Part shown: positions 27,294-36,353 of the stretch, one piece after another
Position numbering within the stretch: position 1 is the first letter of the stretch
Layout of the letters: every line of letters starts with the position of its first letter
Assembly (NCBI RefSeq): GCF_007747795.1
Contig: NZ_CP036275.1
Coordinates: 2,650,853 to 2,714,852 of the forward strand
Source of the DNA: Maioricimonas rarisocia
GTDB taxonomy: Bacteria > Planctomycetota > Planctomycetia > Planctomycetales > Planctomycetaceae
Direction: 5' to 3'
DNA length: 64,000 nt
The notes under the pieces: generated by a model
Database searches by the model: none
Told to the model about the DNA's origin: nothing
Seen by the model: the letters and a program-made list of their open reading frames with translations, nothing else
Made by a program: the position numbers and the translations under genes

Positions 27294-29042
27294 ATGGTGT
27301 CCCGGTCGATCACTGCGCGCATGTCCGTTGTGTGCGCGGTGGTGGTGCATGTGCTCCTCCTCGTATGGGGGATCATGTCGCACAGCCCGGTCGTGGACGA
27401 AGTTGGCCACCTGTCGGCCGGGATCATCCACTGGCAGACCGGTGATTATCGGCCGTACCGGGTCAATCCGCCACTTGTGCGCGCGATCGCAGTCATCCCG
27501 GTCCTGCCGCTGTTGGGCGACACACCAGTTCCACACTCGCCGCCGATCTGGGACGGTGATCGCACCGAATTTCGAGACGGGCTTTCATTGCTGCAGCGAG
27601 CAGGCGACCGGTACCTGCTGATGATACGGCTGGCACGGCTGATGTGCCTGCCGTTCTCCGTCCTGGGGCTGGTCATGACCTGGCGCTGGTCCTCTGAACT
27701 GTACGGAGCACTGCCGGGGGCGGCAGCCGCCTGGCTGTGGTGCTTCTCGCCGACGGTGCTGGGGCACGGTGCGCTGATCACGCCGGATGTCCCGGCTGCA
27801 GCGCTGCTCGTGACCACCATGTTCATTCTGTGGCGCTGGTGGAAGTCACCGCGGTTCGATCTCTCCGTGCAGCTGGGGCTGGTGCTGGGGCTGGCACTGA
27901 GTATGAAGTACACATCACTTGTGGCACTGCCCGTTGCAGGTACTGCCGCGGTGATCGCGGCTGCACGATGTCCGGACTGGTCAGGCAGACAGCGGATCGG
28001 GAGTCAATTCCTGGTCTGGTGTCTGCTGTCGGTCGTGGTCGTGAATGCGGTCTACGGTTTTCGGGGATCGCTGGTCCGGCTGGGGGATTACCGATTCGTC
28101 AGTGCGGCGTTCACGGGAGGAGCAGGCCAAACGTCTGTATACGTGACCGGGAACCGCTTCCGCGACAGGGCGCTGTCGTCGATCCCTGTCCCGCTGCCGA
28201 AGGAGTACCTGGCCGGCATTGATCTTCAGCAGCGGGACTTCGAATCACACCTGCGGTCCTATCTGCGTGGTGAATGGCGTCAGGGTGGTTGGTGGTACTA
28301 CTACCTGTACTGTTTTCTGGTCAAAGTGCCGGTGGGCACCCTGGTACTCCTTCTTCTTGCCGTGCTCGGATCGGCGACGGGCCGCCGGCTGCGGACCGGA
28401 GAACTGTTCGTGCTGGCGCCTGCACTGCTGGTGATCGCGATTGCCAGTGCCAAGTACGGATTCAGCCACCATTTCCGCTACGTGCTGCCTGCCCTCCCGT
28501 TCCTGCTGATTTTCAGCAGCAAAGCCGTTGTGACGGTTCCGGGGCGACGCGTGCTCAGAATGGTCTCCCGCTCTGCGGTCGTACTGAGCATCTGCGCCAG
28601 CCTGGCCGTCGCTCCGCACTGGCTGTCGTTCTTTAATATCCTCGTCGGTGGTCCGTCATATGGCCGGTACCACCTTCTCAACAGCAATGTGGACTGGGGC
28701 CAGGATCTGCTGTTTCTGCGGGAGTGGATCGAGTCGACGGGGGGGCGAGAACCGATCGCTCTGGCATACTTCGGCCTCTGTGATCCGGCTCTCCTGGGGA
28801 TCAACGCCGTGCCGGCCGAGGACTTCTGTGGCGGTCGCGGCGTGGAACCACGATACATCGCCGTCAGTGCCAACCTGCTCCACGGCGGCACGAGTGCCAT
28901 GTGGCTCGGCGGAAGGGAGTATCGTGTTGGCGGAGAGGAGTTCGTGTGTCTGCGTGACCAGGAGCCGGCTGCAAGGGCCGGTTACTCGATTCTCATATTC
29001 GACCGGACCCGGCTTGAGAACGATGGGCGTTCCACTCATTGA
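27294..29042 (+). CDS. Glycosyltransferase family 39/83 (PMT/ArnT-like, phospholipid-carrier-dependent) membrane protein
   Basis: ATG 27294, 5 bp after the upstream stop. Multi-TM. N-terminal DEVGHLSAGIIHWQTGDYRPYRVNPPLVRAIAV (DE-x-x-H/Y loop typical of the GT-C PMT_2 family). Confidence 0.8.
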   Translation: MVSRSITARMSVVCAVVVHVLLLVWGIMSHSPVVDEVGHLSAGIIHWQTGDYRPYRVNPPLVRAIAVIPVLPLLGDTPVPHSPPIWDGDRTEFRDGLSLLQRAGDRYLLMIRLARLMCLPFSVLGLVMTWRWSSELYGALPGAAAAWLWCFSPTVLGHGALITPDVPAAALLVTTMFILWRWWKSPRFDLSVQLGLVLGLALSMKYTSLVALPVAGTAAVIAAARCPDWSGRQRIGSQFLVWCLLSVVVVNAVYGFRGSLVRLGDYRFVSAAFTGGAGQTSVYVTGNRFRDRALSSIPVPLPKEYLAGIDLQQRDFESHLRSYLRGEWRQGGWWYYYLYCFLVKVPVGTLVLLLLAVLGSATGRRLRTGELFVLAPALLVIAIASAKYGFSHHFRYVLPALPFLLIFSSKAVVTVPGRRVLRMVSRSAVVLSICASLAVAPHWLSFFNILVGGPSYGRYHLLNSNVDWGQDLLFLREWIESTGGREPIALAYFGLCDPALLGINAVPAEDFCGGRGVEPRYIAVSANLLHGGTSAMWLGGREYRVGGEEFVCLRDQEPAARAGYSILIFDRTRLENDGRSTH

Positions 29043-29411
29043 GACGTTCCACGGTCGGTTGACCGCGGTTGTTTCGCGACACAGCGAAGCGAGGACAGGA
29101 CACTCCCTGTCGGAGCGACCCTCGTTATGCATCGAACTGCAGTGGCCCGGGAGAGGTCACGGAAACAGGGCTGCGATCCGGTCAGAAGTCGCAGTGGCGT
29201 GTGTCGAAGCGGTACTGAGTTCTCAACGGGTTGAACCGAGGCTCTCGTGCCATGCCGATACCGTCTCCGGCCCACGGTGCTTCACTCGCCACAACGGCCT
29301 GTCCCGGAAGACGTGTCGGGAGGCCCGAAGCCGGCTCGACGGGCGGTGCCGGCCGAGTCCCTTTCGCATGAACTGCCCCCGCGCATGTGCCGACGGCAAT
29401 GGAGCTGCACA

Positions 29412-31223
29412 ATGAGCCGCGCGACCCGCTGTACGGCTGCTTTGCTGCTGCTTGCACATGGCGTGCTGCTTGCCGCGAGCATTCCGCAGAATTCCGTGAC
29501 GATTGACGAAGTCGTCCACCTTCCGACCGGCATTGCTTACTGGGAACGGGGGGAGTTCTGGGGCTATCACCACAATCCGCCGTTGATTCGTCTGCTGTTC
29601 GCCCTGCCCGCCGTGCTGGTCGACGTGCCGACGGACTATCGTGGGTACGAGCATCGCGTTCATCCGCGTGGAATGGACTGTCTGCTTGGCCGCAACTTCA
29701 TGCTCCTGAACGGGCCGCATTACATGCTGATCTACTGCCTCTGCCGCAGCGTGACAGCGGCGTTGTCGGTGATCGGCGGATACTTCATCTTCAGGTGGTC
29801 GCGGGAACTGTTCGGGGATGCCGGCGGTCTGTTCAGTCTGGGATTGTGGGTGGTCTGCCCGAATGTGCTGGGTCACGGCGGACTGGTGACGCCCGACGTC
29901 GGCTCGGCGGTCATCGGGTTCGTGGCCACCTTTCAGTTCTGGCGGTATCTGCGTGACCGGTCGTCAATCCGAGCGTTGTGGTGTGGTGTCCTGCTGGGCC
30001 TGGTCGAGGCCGCGAAGTTCACATTTGTGCTCTTGCCCTTCGCATGGGGCCTGATCGCCCTGATTGCGCTTTGGCGAGCTGGTCTGCGCGAGTGGATCCG
30101 ATGTGCCTGCCACGCAGGTGTCGTCCTGTTTACGAGCCTGATGGTCCTGAACAACCTGTATCTCGGACAGGGAACCGGGCGCCCCCTGGGCTCGTTCGAG
30201 TTTCACAGCCACACGTTGACCCGGCCGATCACAGGCGTGCATCCGGCAGGCGTTCCCAGCCGGGTGAACCGCTTCCGGGGAACCGCGCTTGAAAACGTCC
30301 CGATTCCACTCCCGGAACATTATGTACTCGGTTTCGACGATCAGATGTACGATGCCGACTCAGGACTCTATTACAACTACCTGCGAGGTGATCTGCGGCG
30401 AGGGGAGGGGCACTGGTATTACTATCTGTACTGCATGCTCGTGAAGACACCCGTGGGGACTCTCGTTCTCGTTGCAGCGGCCGTGCTGCTTTCGCTGTGG
30501 AGCCAGTGCCGGGCGGATCTGGTCAGCGAGGCTGTTCTGATCATTCCGGCTGTCCTGTTTTTCGTGGCGATCAGTTCCCGGACCGGACTCAACTCCCACC
30601 TGCGATATGTCCTGCCTGTCTATCCGCTGCTGTTTGTCTTCGTCGGGAGGCTCGGTCGAATCGCGGCGGCGCGGCCGTTCGTGCAGGCGATCCTGGTGGT
30701 GACCGTGGCGTCCAACGCCATGAGTGTCGTGCGCGTCCACCCGCACTACCTCGCGTACTTCAACGAGCCGGCCGGCGGGCCGGCGAACGCCCTGTCGCAT
30801 CTGGCGGACAGCAACATTGACTGGGGCCAGGGGCTGATCGCATTGCGTGACTGGCTCGAAGAGCATGCGCCGGGACAGAAGATCCGGCTGGCCTACTTCG
30901 GTACGATGTTCCCTGAAGTGCTCGGCATCGACTACGAGGTGCCGCCCTTCGGGCCGGATGCGGCTCCGACGTGGGAAGACCCGGGAAGCGTGGGACCGGT
31001 CCCCGGACTCCAGGCCGTGGGGGCCAACTATCTGCTCGGCATTCCGTTTCCGACGCCGGATGGAACGGGACACCAGATTCCCGTTCCGTTGAACGCCTAC
31101 ACCTACTACAGAAACTTTGAGCCGGTCGCCACACCCGGCTGGTCGATCTACGTCTATGATCTGAAGCTCCAAGAGGTCAACGCGGTCCGTCGCGAACTCG
31201 GGCTGCCGCTGCTGTCCGATTAG
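29412..31223 (+). CDS. Glycosyltransferase family 39/83 (PMT/ArnT-like) paralog
   Basis: Start MSRATRCTAALLLLAHGVLLAAS. DEVVHLPTGIAYWERGEFWGYHHNPPLIRLLFALP is a clear paralog of the upstream gene. Conserved C-terminal block NIDWGQGL...LAYFG. Confidence 0.8.
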   Translation: MSRATRCTAALLLLAHGVLLAASIPQNSVTIDEVVHLPTGIAYWERGEFWGYHHNPPLIRLLFALPAVLVDVPTDYRGYEHRVHPRGMDCLLGRNFMLLNGPHYMLIYCLCRSVTAALSVIGGYFIFRWSRELFGDAGGLFSLGLWVVCPNVLGHGGLVTPDVGSAVIGFVATFQFWRYLRDRSSIRALWCGVLLGLVEAAKFTFVLLPFAWGLIALIALWRAGLREWIRCACHAGVVLFTSLMVLNNLYLGQGTGRPLGSFEFHSHTLTRPITGVHPAGVPSRVNRFRGTALENVPIPLPEHYVLGFDDQMYDADSGLYYNYLRGDLRRGEGHWYYYLYCMLVKTPVGTLVLVAAAVLLSLWSQCRADLVSEAVLIIPAVLFFVAISSRTGLNSHLRYVLPVYPLLFVFVGRLGRIAAARPFVQAILVVTVASNAMSVVRVHPHYLAYFNEPAGGPANALSHLADSNIDWGQGLIALRDWLEEHAPGQKIRLAYFGTMFPEVLGIDYEVPPFGPDAAPTWEDPGSVGPVPGLQAVGANYLLGIPFPTPDGTGHQIPVPLNAYTYYRNFEPVATPGWSIYVYDLKLQEVNAVRRELGLPLLSD

Positions 31224-31270
31224 TGTCGGATCGGGTGGCATGGGTTAGTGTCGGATCGGGTGGCATGGGT
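31221..31270. repeat. 25-bp direct duplication TAGTGTCGGATCGGGTGGCATGGGT x2
   Basis: Perfect tandem duplication beginning at the stop codon of the 29412..31223 gene. Confidence 0.85.
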
Positions 31271-31300
31271 GGCGCGTGATTTCAATCCGGAACTGACGCA

Positions 31301-31362
31301 CCGGGCCCGCCTGTCTCCTGTCTCCTGTCTCCTGTTTCCTGTCTCCTGACTCCTGACTCCTG
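31301..31362. repeat. Heptamer tandem repeat (CCTGTCT/CCTGACT)x9
   Basis: CCTGTCTCCTGTCTCCTGTCTCCTGTTTCCTGTCTCCTGACTCCTGACTCCTGAC between convergent gene ends. Confidence 0.85.
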
Positions 31363-31402
31363 ACAAAGTCCTCCGGAGCGGACATCCACTCCGGGGGCGA
31401 TG

Positions 31403-32599
31403 CTACAGCAGGTTGACGATTCGATCGGCCAGCCCCTTGTCACCCGCGATGACATTGAGCTTTCCGGTCGCGGCCACCTTCTCGAGGACTTCCAGCTCAC
31501 GCAGACGCATGAGTGTCGGATTGTCCGCGAGCAACCGGGCAGTGTTGGCCTGGCTGCGGATGGCCGCGGTCTCTTCACGGCGGGCGATGAGGTTGGCTTC
31601 CGCCGCCTTCTTCGCTTCCGTGACGCGGTTCATCAGGTCCTTCATGTCACCCGGCAGGATCACGTCCCGGATACCGACCGAGGCGATCTCCAGACCGAGC
31701 TGAGTCGACCGCGTGCGGATCGCGTCCTCGATTTCCTTCGCGACCACGTCCTTGTCGGTCAGGAACGTATCGAGATCACGGGCACCGACGATCGCCCGCA
31801 GCACCAGCTGCGTTTCGCGGTACAGTGCCTGCCGCACGTCGTCCGTCCGCGAGACCGCCACGCGGGCATCGGCTACACGGTACGTGACGACCGCGTTGAG
31901 ACGCAGGGTGACCTTGTCGGCAGTCATGATGTCCTGACCACCCACGTCCACCATTGTCTCACGCATGTCGACCTCGACGACGCGGCTGTCGGCTGCCGCC
32001 TTCCAGAAGGCGTACAGACCAGCCGGCAGCGTCTCGACGTACCGTCCATCGATGAACAGCACGCCGACGTGGTCGCGGCTGACCGTGCAGACGTCCAGCA
32101 CCCGCGTCGCCATGGGCGAACGGGCGATGACCGCCAGCTCGGGGTGCTCGAACCGCACCTGCCGGGCGTCGACCACCTCGACCCGGACCTTCTTCTGCCC
32201 GGTCCAGTAGGCGTACAGCCCGTCACAGACGGTTTGTTCGGAACGGTTGACTCGCGAACGGGAGCGTTCCGGTGCATCGGGAGACAGCGTGCAGAACGAA
32301 CCATCCCCGATGGCCGGCAGGAGATGGCTGAACCGGTTCTCGATCCAGACCAGGGCCCGCTCGTGGTCCTTGAGGTCGAGAACGACGGCGCGGCCATCGA
32401 GAGCCCCGCTGCGGGCGATCAGGTCGAGCTTCTCGTGGACGAGCCACGGATCACGCTGCGAGACGACGTCGACGCGGACCTTGCCGAACAGGTCGACAAA
32501 CCAGTGCGTGCCGGCTTCGAGCAGACCGCGGAATTCGCCGTCGCGGAAGTACAGACCGGCCTCGTAGCTGCGGATCTTGTAACGCTTGATGAAGAACAT
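31403..32599 (-). CDS. SPFH/band-7 (stomatin/slipin-like) domain protein with N-terminal duplicated beta-rich region
   Basis: ATG at 32599 preceded by AAGGAGGG RBS. C-terminal SPFH hallmarks ...VTLRLNAVVTYRVADARVAV...GLEIASVGIRDVILPGDMKDLMNRVTEAKKAAEANLIARREE. Plus-strand ORF 31400..32668 is a shadow. Confidence 0.85.
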   Translation of the reverse strand: MFFIKRYKIRSYEAGLYFRDGEFRGLLEAGTHWFVDLFGKVRVDVVSQRDPWLVHEKLDLIARSGALDGRAVVLDLKDHERALVWIENRFSHLLPAIGDGSFCTLSPDAPERSRSRVNRSEQTVCDGLYAYWTGQKKVRVEVVDARQVRFEHPELAVIARSPMATRVLDVCTVSRDHVGVLFIDGRYVETLPAGLYAFWKAAADSRVVEVDMRETMVDVGGQDIMTADKVTLRLNAVVTYRVADARVAVSRTDDVRQALYRETQLVLRAIVGARDLDTFLTDKDVVAKEIEDAIRTRSTQLGLEIASVGIRDVILPGDMKDLMNRVTEAKKAAEANLIARREETAAIRSQANTARLLADNPTLMRLRELEVLEKVAATGKLNVIAGDKGLADRIVNLL

Positions 32600-32680
32600 G
32601 GCGGCCCTCCTTTCCGGGGGCATCTGATACAGTGGGATTGGTTCGCCGATCCCGACACGAAGGCGTGAAGTGACTTCTCG

Positions 32681-33064
32681 ATGTCGAATGTGACCAGCCC
32701 GCAAACGTCGCTGCTGCAGAACGCTGCCGTGGTCCTGTCCGCGGCGTGCGGGGGAACGGCATACCTGCTGACGCTGGCCGACTACTATGCCTGGTGGACC
32801 GTGTTTCCGGTCGCGCTGCTCGCGTACCCGGCAGCAATGATCGTGGCGGCGTTTCTGTGTCTGTGCTGTGAGGAGCGGCTCAGCCGGTGGATTGTGCTGC
32901 TGCTCGGCGGCGGTTTTGCCTGGACCGGGCTGCTCGAGCCGGGGCGTTTTCCAACATTCCTGATGGGAGTTGCGTTTCTGGTAGTTGGACTGGCTGCATC
33001 GAATTATTCCGGAGCTGACACGGCCGCTGAGGCGGATCGAGCGGCGAAGTCAGGTGGTGATTGA
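32681..33064 (+). CDS. Hypothetical small integral membrane protein
   Basis: 127 aa with 3-4 predicted TM segments (VVLSAACGGTAYLLTLADYYAWWTVFPVALLAYPAAMIVAAFLCL...). No domain recognised. Confidence 0.4.
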   Translation: MSNVTSPQTSLLQNAAVVLSAACGGTAYLLTLADYYAWWTVFPVALLAYPAAMIVAAFLCLCCEERLSRWIVLLLGGGFAWTGLLEPGRFPTFLMGVAFLVVGLAASNYSGADTAAEADRAAKSGGD

Positions 33065-33473
33065 AGAACCCTCCGAAGGCAGTACGCCAGCCGATCCCAC
33101 GCAGTGGCCCGGATCGCGACGATCGCGGCCGGACCGTGTCAACGCGGAGACCGGTTGAGGATGCGGTTGCGACGGCTTCGGGATGCATCGGCCCCGGCGA
33201 TGTCGTTCCCGTCCCCGAGGGGATCCGGTTGGATCATTGCCGCGGCGTCCTCACCCTCCGGCCGACGCTCGCCACACCCGGAATCCCCGGGCTTCAAAGC
33301 GTCGCTGCATGTTTCCCAGGGCACGGCCCTGGACCCGGTGCCTCCGCACCGCTTTCGCGCGGCTTCGGCGACGAGCCTGTGACACGTGTCCGGGATGATC
33401 GAAGGGACGTCTGCCTCCTTCGGGCTGCTGGTCAGGGGATGTCCCCTGGGGTGTCGGTTACGAGCCGACTACC

Positions 33474-33550
33474 TGGAGCTCGGTACAGGATTCGAACCTG
33501 CGACTCCCAGAGTCACACTCTGGTGCTCTACCCACTGAGCTAACCGACGC
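33474..33550 (-). tRNA. tRNA-His (anticodon GTG) with G-1, acceptor stem imperfect
   Basis: Minus-strand GCGTCGGTTA-GCTCAGTGGGTAGAGC-A-CCAGA-GTGTGAC-TCTGG-GAGTC-GCAGGTTCGAATCCTGT-ACCGAGC-T-CCA. Canonical D arm, anticodon loop with U33-GUG-A37, T arm GGTTCGAATCC, encoded CCA. Extra 5' G as in tRNA-His. Acceptor positions 1:72 and 2:71 mismatch as read. A perfectly complementary strand (TAACCGACAC) lies 24 nt further 3'. Confidence 0.6.
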
Positions 33551-33845
33551 TGACGTCATCCGGTCAGAACCCGTAGCGCGGAACGGACAGTCCGAATCCC
33601 CTGCCGGGGTGGACTGCACGCCGCCGGACGGACGACACCAACGGAGCCTGCCTTGAAGGACCCCTGCGGGAATCGAACCCGCTGCCGGCAAGCGGCAACA
33701 CCGTGGGGGTGATCGTATGGCTCGAGGCGTGAGGCTCGAGTCTTGAGTGGCGCAGGTCAGGGCATCGTCTGACGATCGCCGATGTTGCGTTGAGGCGCCG
33801 GTTTCAAATTAGTGTGCTGAGACCAGTCCCAGCCTACGGTGCTGC

Positions 33846-33872
33846 TTGAGAGGGCTTCCGCTCCCTCACGGT
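33846..33872 (-). repeat. Family A core motif, inverted copy (TACGAGCCGCGACCGTGAGGGAGCGGA on minus strand)
   Basis: Plus strand reads TCCGCTCCCTCACGGTCGCGGCTCGTA, the reverse complement of the motif at 2129/5250/34548. Confidence 0.6.
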
Positions 33873-33899
33873 CGCGGCTCGTATTCACGATGTGCGGAC

Positions 33900-34079
33900 T
33901 TACTCGTCATCCGGCTTTTGCCGTGGCTTCGGTTCGTTCATCACGTCGGAGCGGTCCAGGCCGAAGTCGAATTCGTCCGCCTCGGCATCGACGTCCTTGA
34001 GAAACCGGCGGCGACGGCGGTTGCCCGTCTTCTTGATCTCCCGCTTCAGCTTCCGCATCTCACGTTTGTCATCGTGCAT
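33900..34079 (-). CDS. Small highly basic hypothetical protein (59 aa)
   Basis: ATG at 34079 with GAGG 8 bp upstream. MHDDKREMRKLKREIKKTGNRRRRRFLKDVDAEADEFDFGLDRSDVMNEPKPRQKPDDE. The longer ORF-track entry (to 34472) runs through repeat DNA and is unlikely. Confidence 0.4.
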   Translation of the reverse strand: MHDDKREMRKLKREIKKTGNRRRRRFLKDVDAEADEFDFGLDRSDVMNEPKPRQKPDDE

Positions 34080-34384
34080 GGTGGCAACCTCGCTATGGCA
34101 GCCTGGTTCGCGTGAAACTGGCCGGTAGGCTTCCTGTCTGGTGTGCCGGGATGATAACGAAAAAAGGCCCGGCATCGCGGTGATGCCGAGCCTCGGGACG
34201 GATGTCCGGAGTGCGGTCACAGGCGATGGGCGTGCAACCGCGGCATCATGGCGAAGCCGCCGCTGGGAGTGCCGGGATATTGATCGGTGGTCGGGAATAA
34301 CATCGTTTCGTCGTCCGGCATTGCCGGCTGGTTGAGAGTTTGCTCTGGTGTTGTTTCTGGTCCTGTGCCGGGGAAGACACGGGG

Positions 34385-34850
34385 ACTGCGGGGAGGTTCG
34401 GTGGGGACCAGGAAAGAACCACAGAGACACGGAGACACGGAGGAAAAGCTGGCGAGCCCGGTGCGTGGGCACCGGGGTTGTGCAGCGTGGCCATTATGAG
34501 CACGACGCGCCAACGAGTGTCCACTGGCGAAGTGAGGCCGAAGACGTACGAGCCGCGACCGTGAGGGAGCGGATGGGTGGCATCCTTGCGCTTCGAGGCA
34601 ACCATGTGCGTTCAATGTCTATCGGCCTCTTGCCGGCGGCGCCGGCCGCGGTTGTCGAGCAACCGCGGGTACCCGTGAGTGGACCGCCGACAAGTCGGCG
34701 GCTTGGAGCGTCGCGCGTAATTCGGGCCACCGGACGCAGCCGGTGGGCTTTCGCAAGTACCGCCGTGGCCTCGCGCCTCAAGTCTCCCCAACCACGCCCA
34801 TCACTCCGCGTCGCTTCGTTCAGGGACGTGCCACACGCGTTTACCTCTCG
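34385..34850. repeat. Composite dispersed repeat element (family A) copy 4
   Basis: Short octamer run AACCACAGAGACACGGAGACACGGAGG (~34410). Core GTACGAGCCGCGACCGTGAGGGAGCGGA (~34545). TTGCGCTTCGAGGCAACCATGTGCG block (compare 5350-5405). REP CCGGCGGCGCCGGCCGCGGTTGTCGAGCAACCGCGGGTACCCG. CACGCCCATCACTCCGCGTCGCTTCGTTCAGGGACGTGCCACAC. Confidence 0.6.
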
Positions 34851-34854
34851 AGTT

Positions 34855-35484
34855 TCACGCCTCCACGACCGAGCCCGGTAGTTCCGATGCGTGCTCGATG
34901 ACGTACGTCGGAGCAGCGGTGCGAAGAGTTGCTGCCGAGTTGAAACCCCAGGTAACTGCGGCGATGTCCATCCCGATGCTGCCAGCCGCGTCGATGTCAC
35001 GGACTTCGTCGCCGACGTAGAGGATCTCTCCGATCGATAGGCCTGCCCGGTCGGCGGCCCGCCTGAGAGCCCGTTCCTTACCCATCAGTCGGGAGTAGCC
35101 GTGAATGAACTCGAACCGGTCGGTCACACCGTTGGCATCGAGGCAGAGGCGGATGTTGTCTTCGGCATTGGAAGAGACGACGCCCAGACGGCAGCCGAGG
35201 TCGCGAATCTGATCGAGTGCTGCGGGGATTCCGTCGTGCAGGCGGACACCCGCCAGGAGGGACTTCTGCAGCGAGAGGAACTCGGCCATCAGAAACGGGA
35301 GGCGGTGTATCGGCACGCGATGGGCGGCAAGGAATTCGCGCGTCGACATGTCGCGGATCGCGGCCGGGTCGGTAATCGGCGTCAGGCCGTGTCGGTCCGC
35401 CAGTCGGTTGAAGACGGCGACGGCACCGGGAAGCGTGTCGGCGAGTGTGCCGTCGAAGTCCCAGAGAAGCATCCGATAGTTCAT
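34855..35484 (-). CDS. HAD-superfamily hydrolase (phosphoglycolate phosphatase-like)
   Basis: MLLWDFDGTLADT (DxDGT motif I) ... GVVSSN (motif II) ... YVGDEVRDIDAA (motif IV). Confidence 0.85.
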   Translation of the reverse strand: MNYRMLLWDFDGTLADTLPGAVAVFNRLADRHGLTPITDPAAIRDMSTREFLAAHRVPIHRLPFLMAEFLSLQKSLLAGVRLHDGIPAALDQIRDLGCRLGVVSSNAEDNIRLCLDANGVTDRFEFIHGYSRLMGKERALRRAADRAGLSIGEILYVGDEVRDIDAAGSIGMDIAAVTWGFNSAATLRTAAPTYVIEHASELPGSVVEA

Positions 35485-35652
35485 GAGTCGTCACGGCCCT
35501 CTGCCTGGCGGTTGCAGCCTGAACGAGAGGGGAGTGTCGCCGAATGCGAAAAGGTGTCAAGTTTGGCGAGCCGCGAGAGAAGATCGACTGCTGAGCACCG
35601 AAATCCGAACTGCCAGTTGACATGCAACCGTTCGGTTGCGTAAGGTGGTGGC

Positions 35653-35955
35653 ATGTCGGCGAGCGGGGAACAGGAACTGGATGCGGTCTTTCACGCGCTC
35701 AGCGATTCGACGCGGCGGTTGATCCTCGATGAACTGGCAAAACGGGATGATCAGGCGCTGTTCGAGATCTGTGTCCGCATTGTGGAGGAGTACGGCATCA
35801 GCCTTTCGCGGCAGGCGATCTCGAAGCATCTGGCAGTTCTCGAAGCGTCCGGGCTGGTCACTTCCCGCCGGGAAGGGCGTACGAAGCTTCATACCAGCAA
35901 TCTGTCCGCACATCTGCCGAGGATCCTCGAGTGGATGAACCATCACACTGAATAG
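35653..35955 (+). CDS. ArsR/SmtB-family transcriptional regulator
   Basis: 100 aa. ALSDSTRRLILDELAKRDDQALFEICVRIVEEYGISLSRQAISKHLAVLEASGLV winged-HTH. Confidence 0.85.
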   Translation: MSASGEQELDAVFHALSDSTRRLILDELAKRDDQALFEICVRIVEEYGISLSRQAISKHLAVLEASGLVTSRREGRTKLHTSNLSAHLPRILEWMNHHTE

Positions 35956-35966
35956 AGGGGTGTCCC

Positions 35967-36353
35967 GTGCGAATCGTCGTCACCAGCGTCTATGTTGATG
36001 ATCAGCAGCAGGCTCTCGACTTTTATACCGATGTGCTGGGGTTTCAGAAGAAGCTGGATATCCCGCTCGGCGAGCACCGTTGGCTGACCGTCACGTCTCC
36101 GGATGATCCGGACGGGGTGGAGCTGCTGCTGGAGCCGAGCGCTCATCCAGCGGCCGCCACGTTCAAACAGGCCCTCAAGGAAGACGGGATCCCGTTTACC
36201 AGTTTCGGTGTGACGGACATTGCGGCCGAACATTCGCGACTCGTGGACCTGGGCGTGAAATTCACGCAACCGCCGACGAAATTCGGCGAAGTGACCATAG
36301 CCGTGTTCGACGATACGTGCGGGAATCTGATCCAGATTGCTCAGCAGGGTTGA
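35967..36353 (+). CDS. VOC-family (glyoxalase/bleomycin-resistance fold) protein
   Basis: GTG start. IVVTSVYVDDQQQALDFYTDVLGFQKK...VTIAVFDDTCGNLIQI. Co-located with ArsR as is commonly seen. Confidence 0.85.
   Translation: MRIVVTSVYVDDQQQALDFYTDVLGFQKKLDIPLGEHRWLTVTSPDDPDGVELLLEPSAHPAAATFKQALKEDGIPFTSFGVTDIAAEHSRLVDLGVKFTQPPTKFGEVTIAVFDDTCGNLIQIAQQG

Noticed and set aside
31400-32668. Plus-strand ORF 31400..32668 (422 aa)
   Set aside because: Shadow of the SPFH/band-7 gene, which has a strong RBS and family motifs.
33640-33720. Second tRNA gene on the minus strand (T-arm GCGGGTTCGATTCCCGC)
   Set aside because: Only the T-arm is canonical. No D arm or acceptor pairing could be folded and there is no CCA. 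Treated as a tRNA-like remnant (reported as a finding), not a gene.
34494-35000. Minus-strand ORF 34494..35000 and the long extension of 33900..34472
   Set aside because: Both run through family A repeat DNA. The composition is repeat-driven rather than coding.
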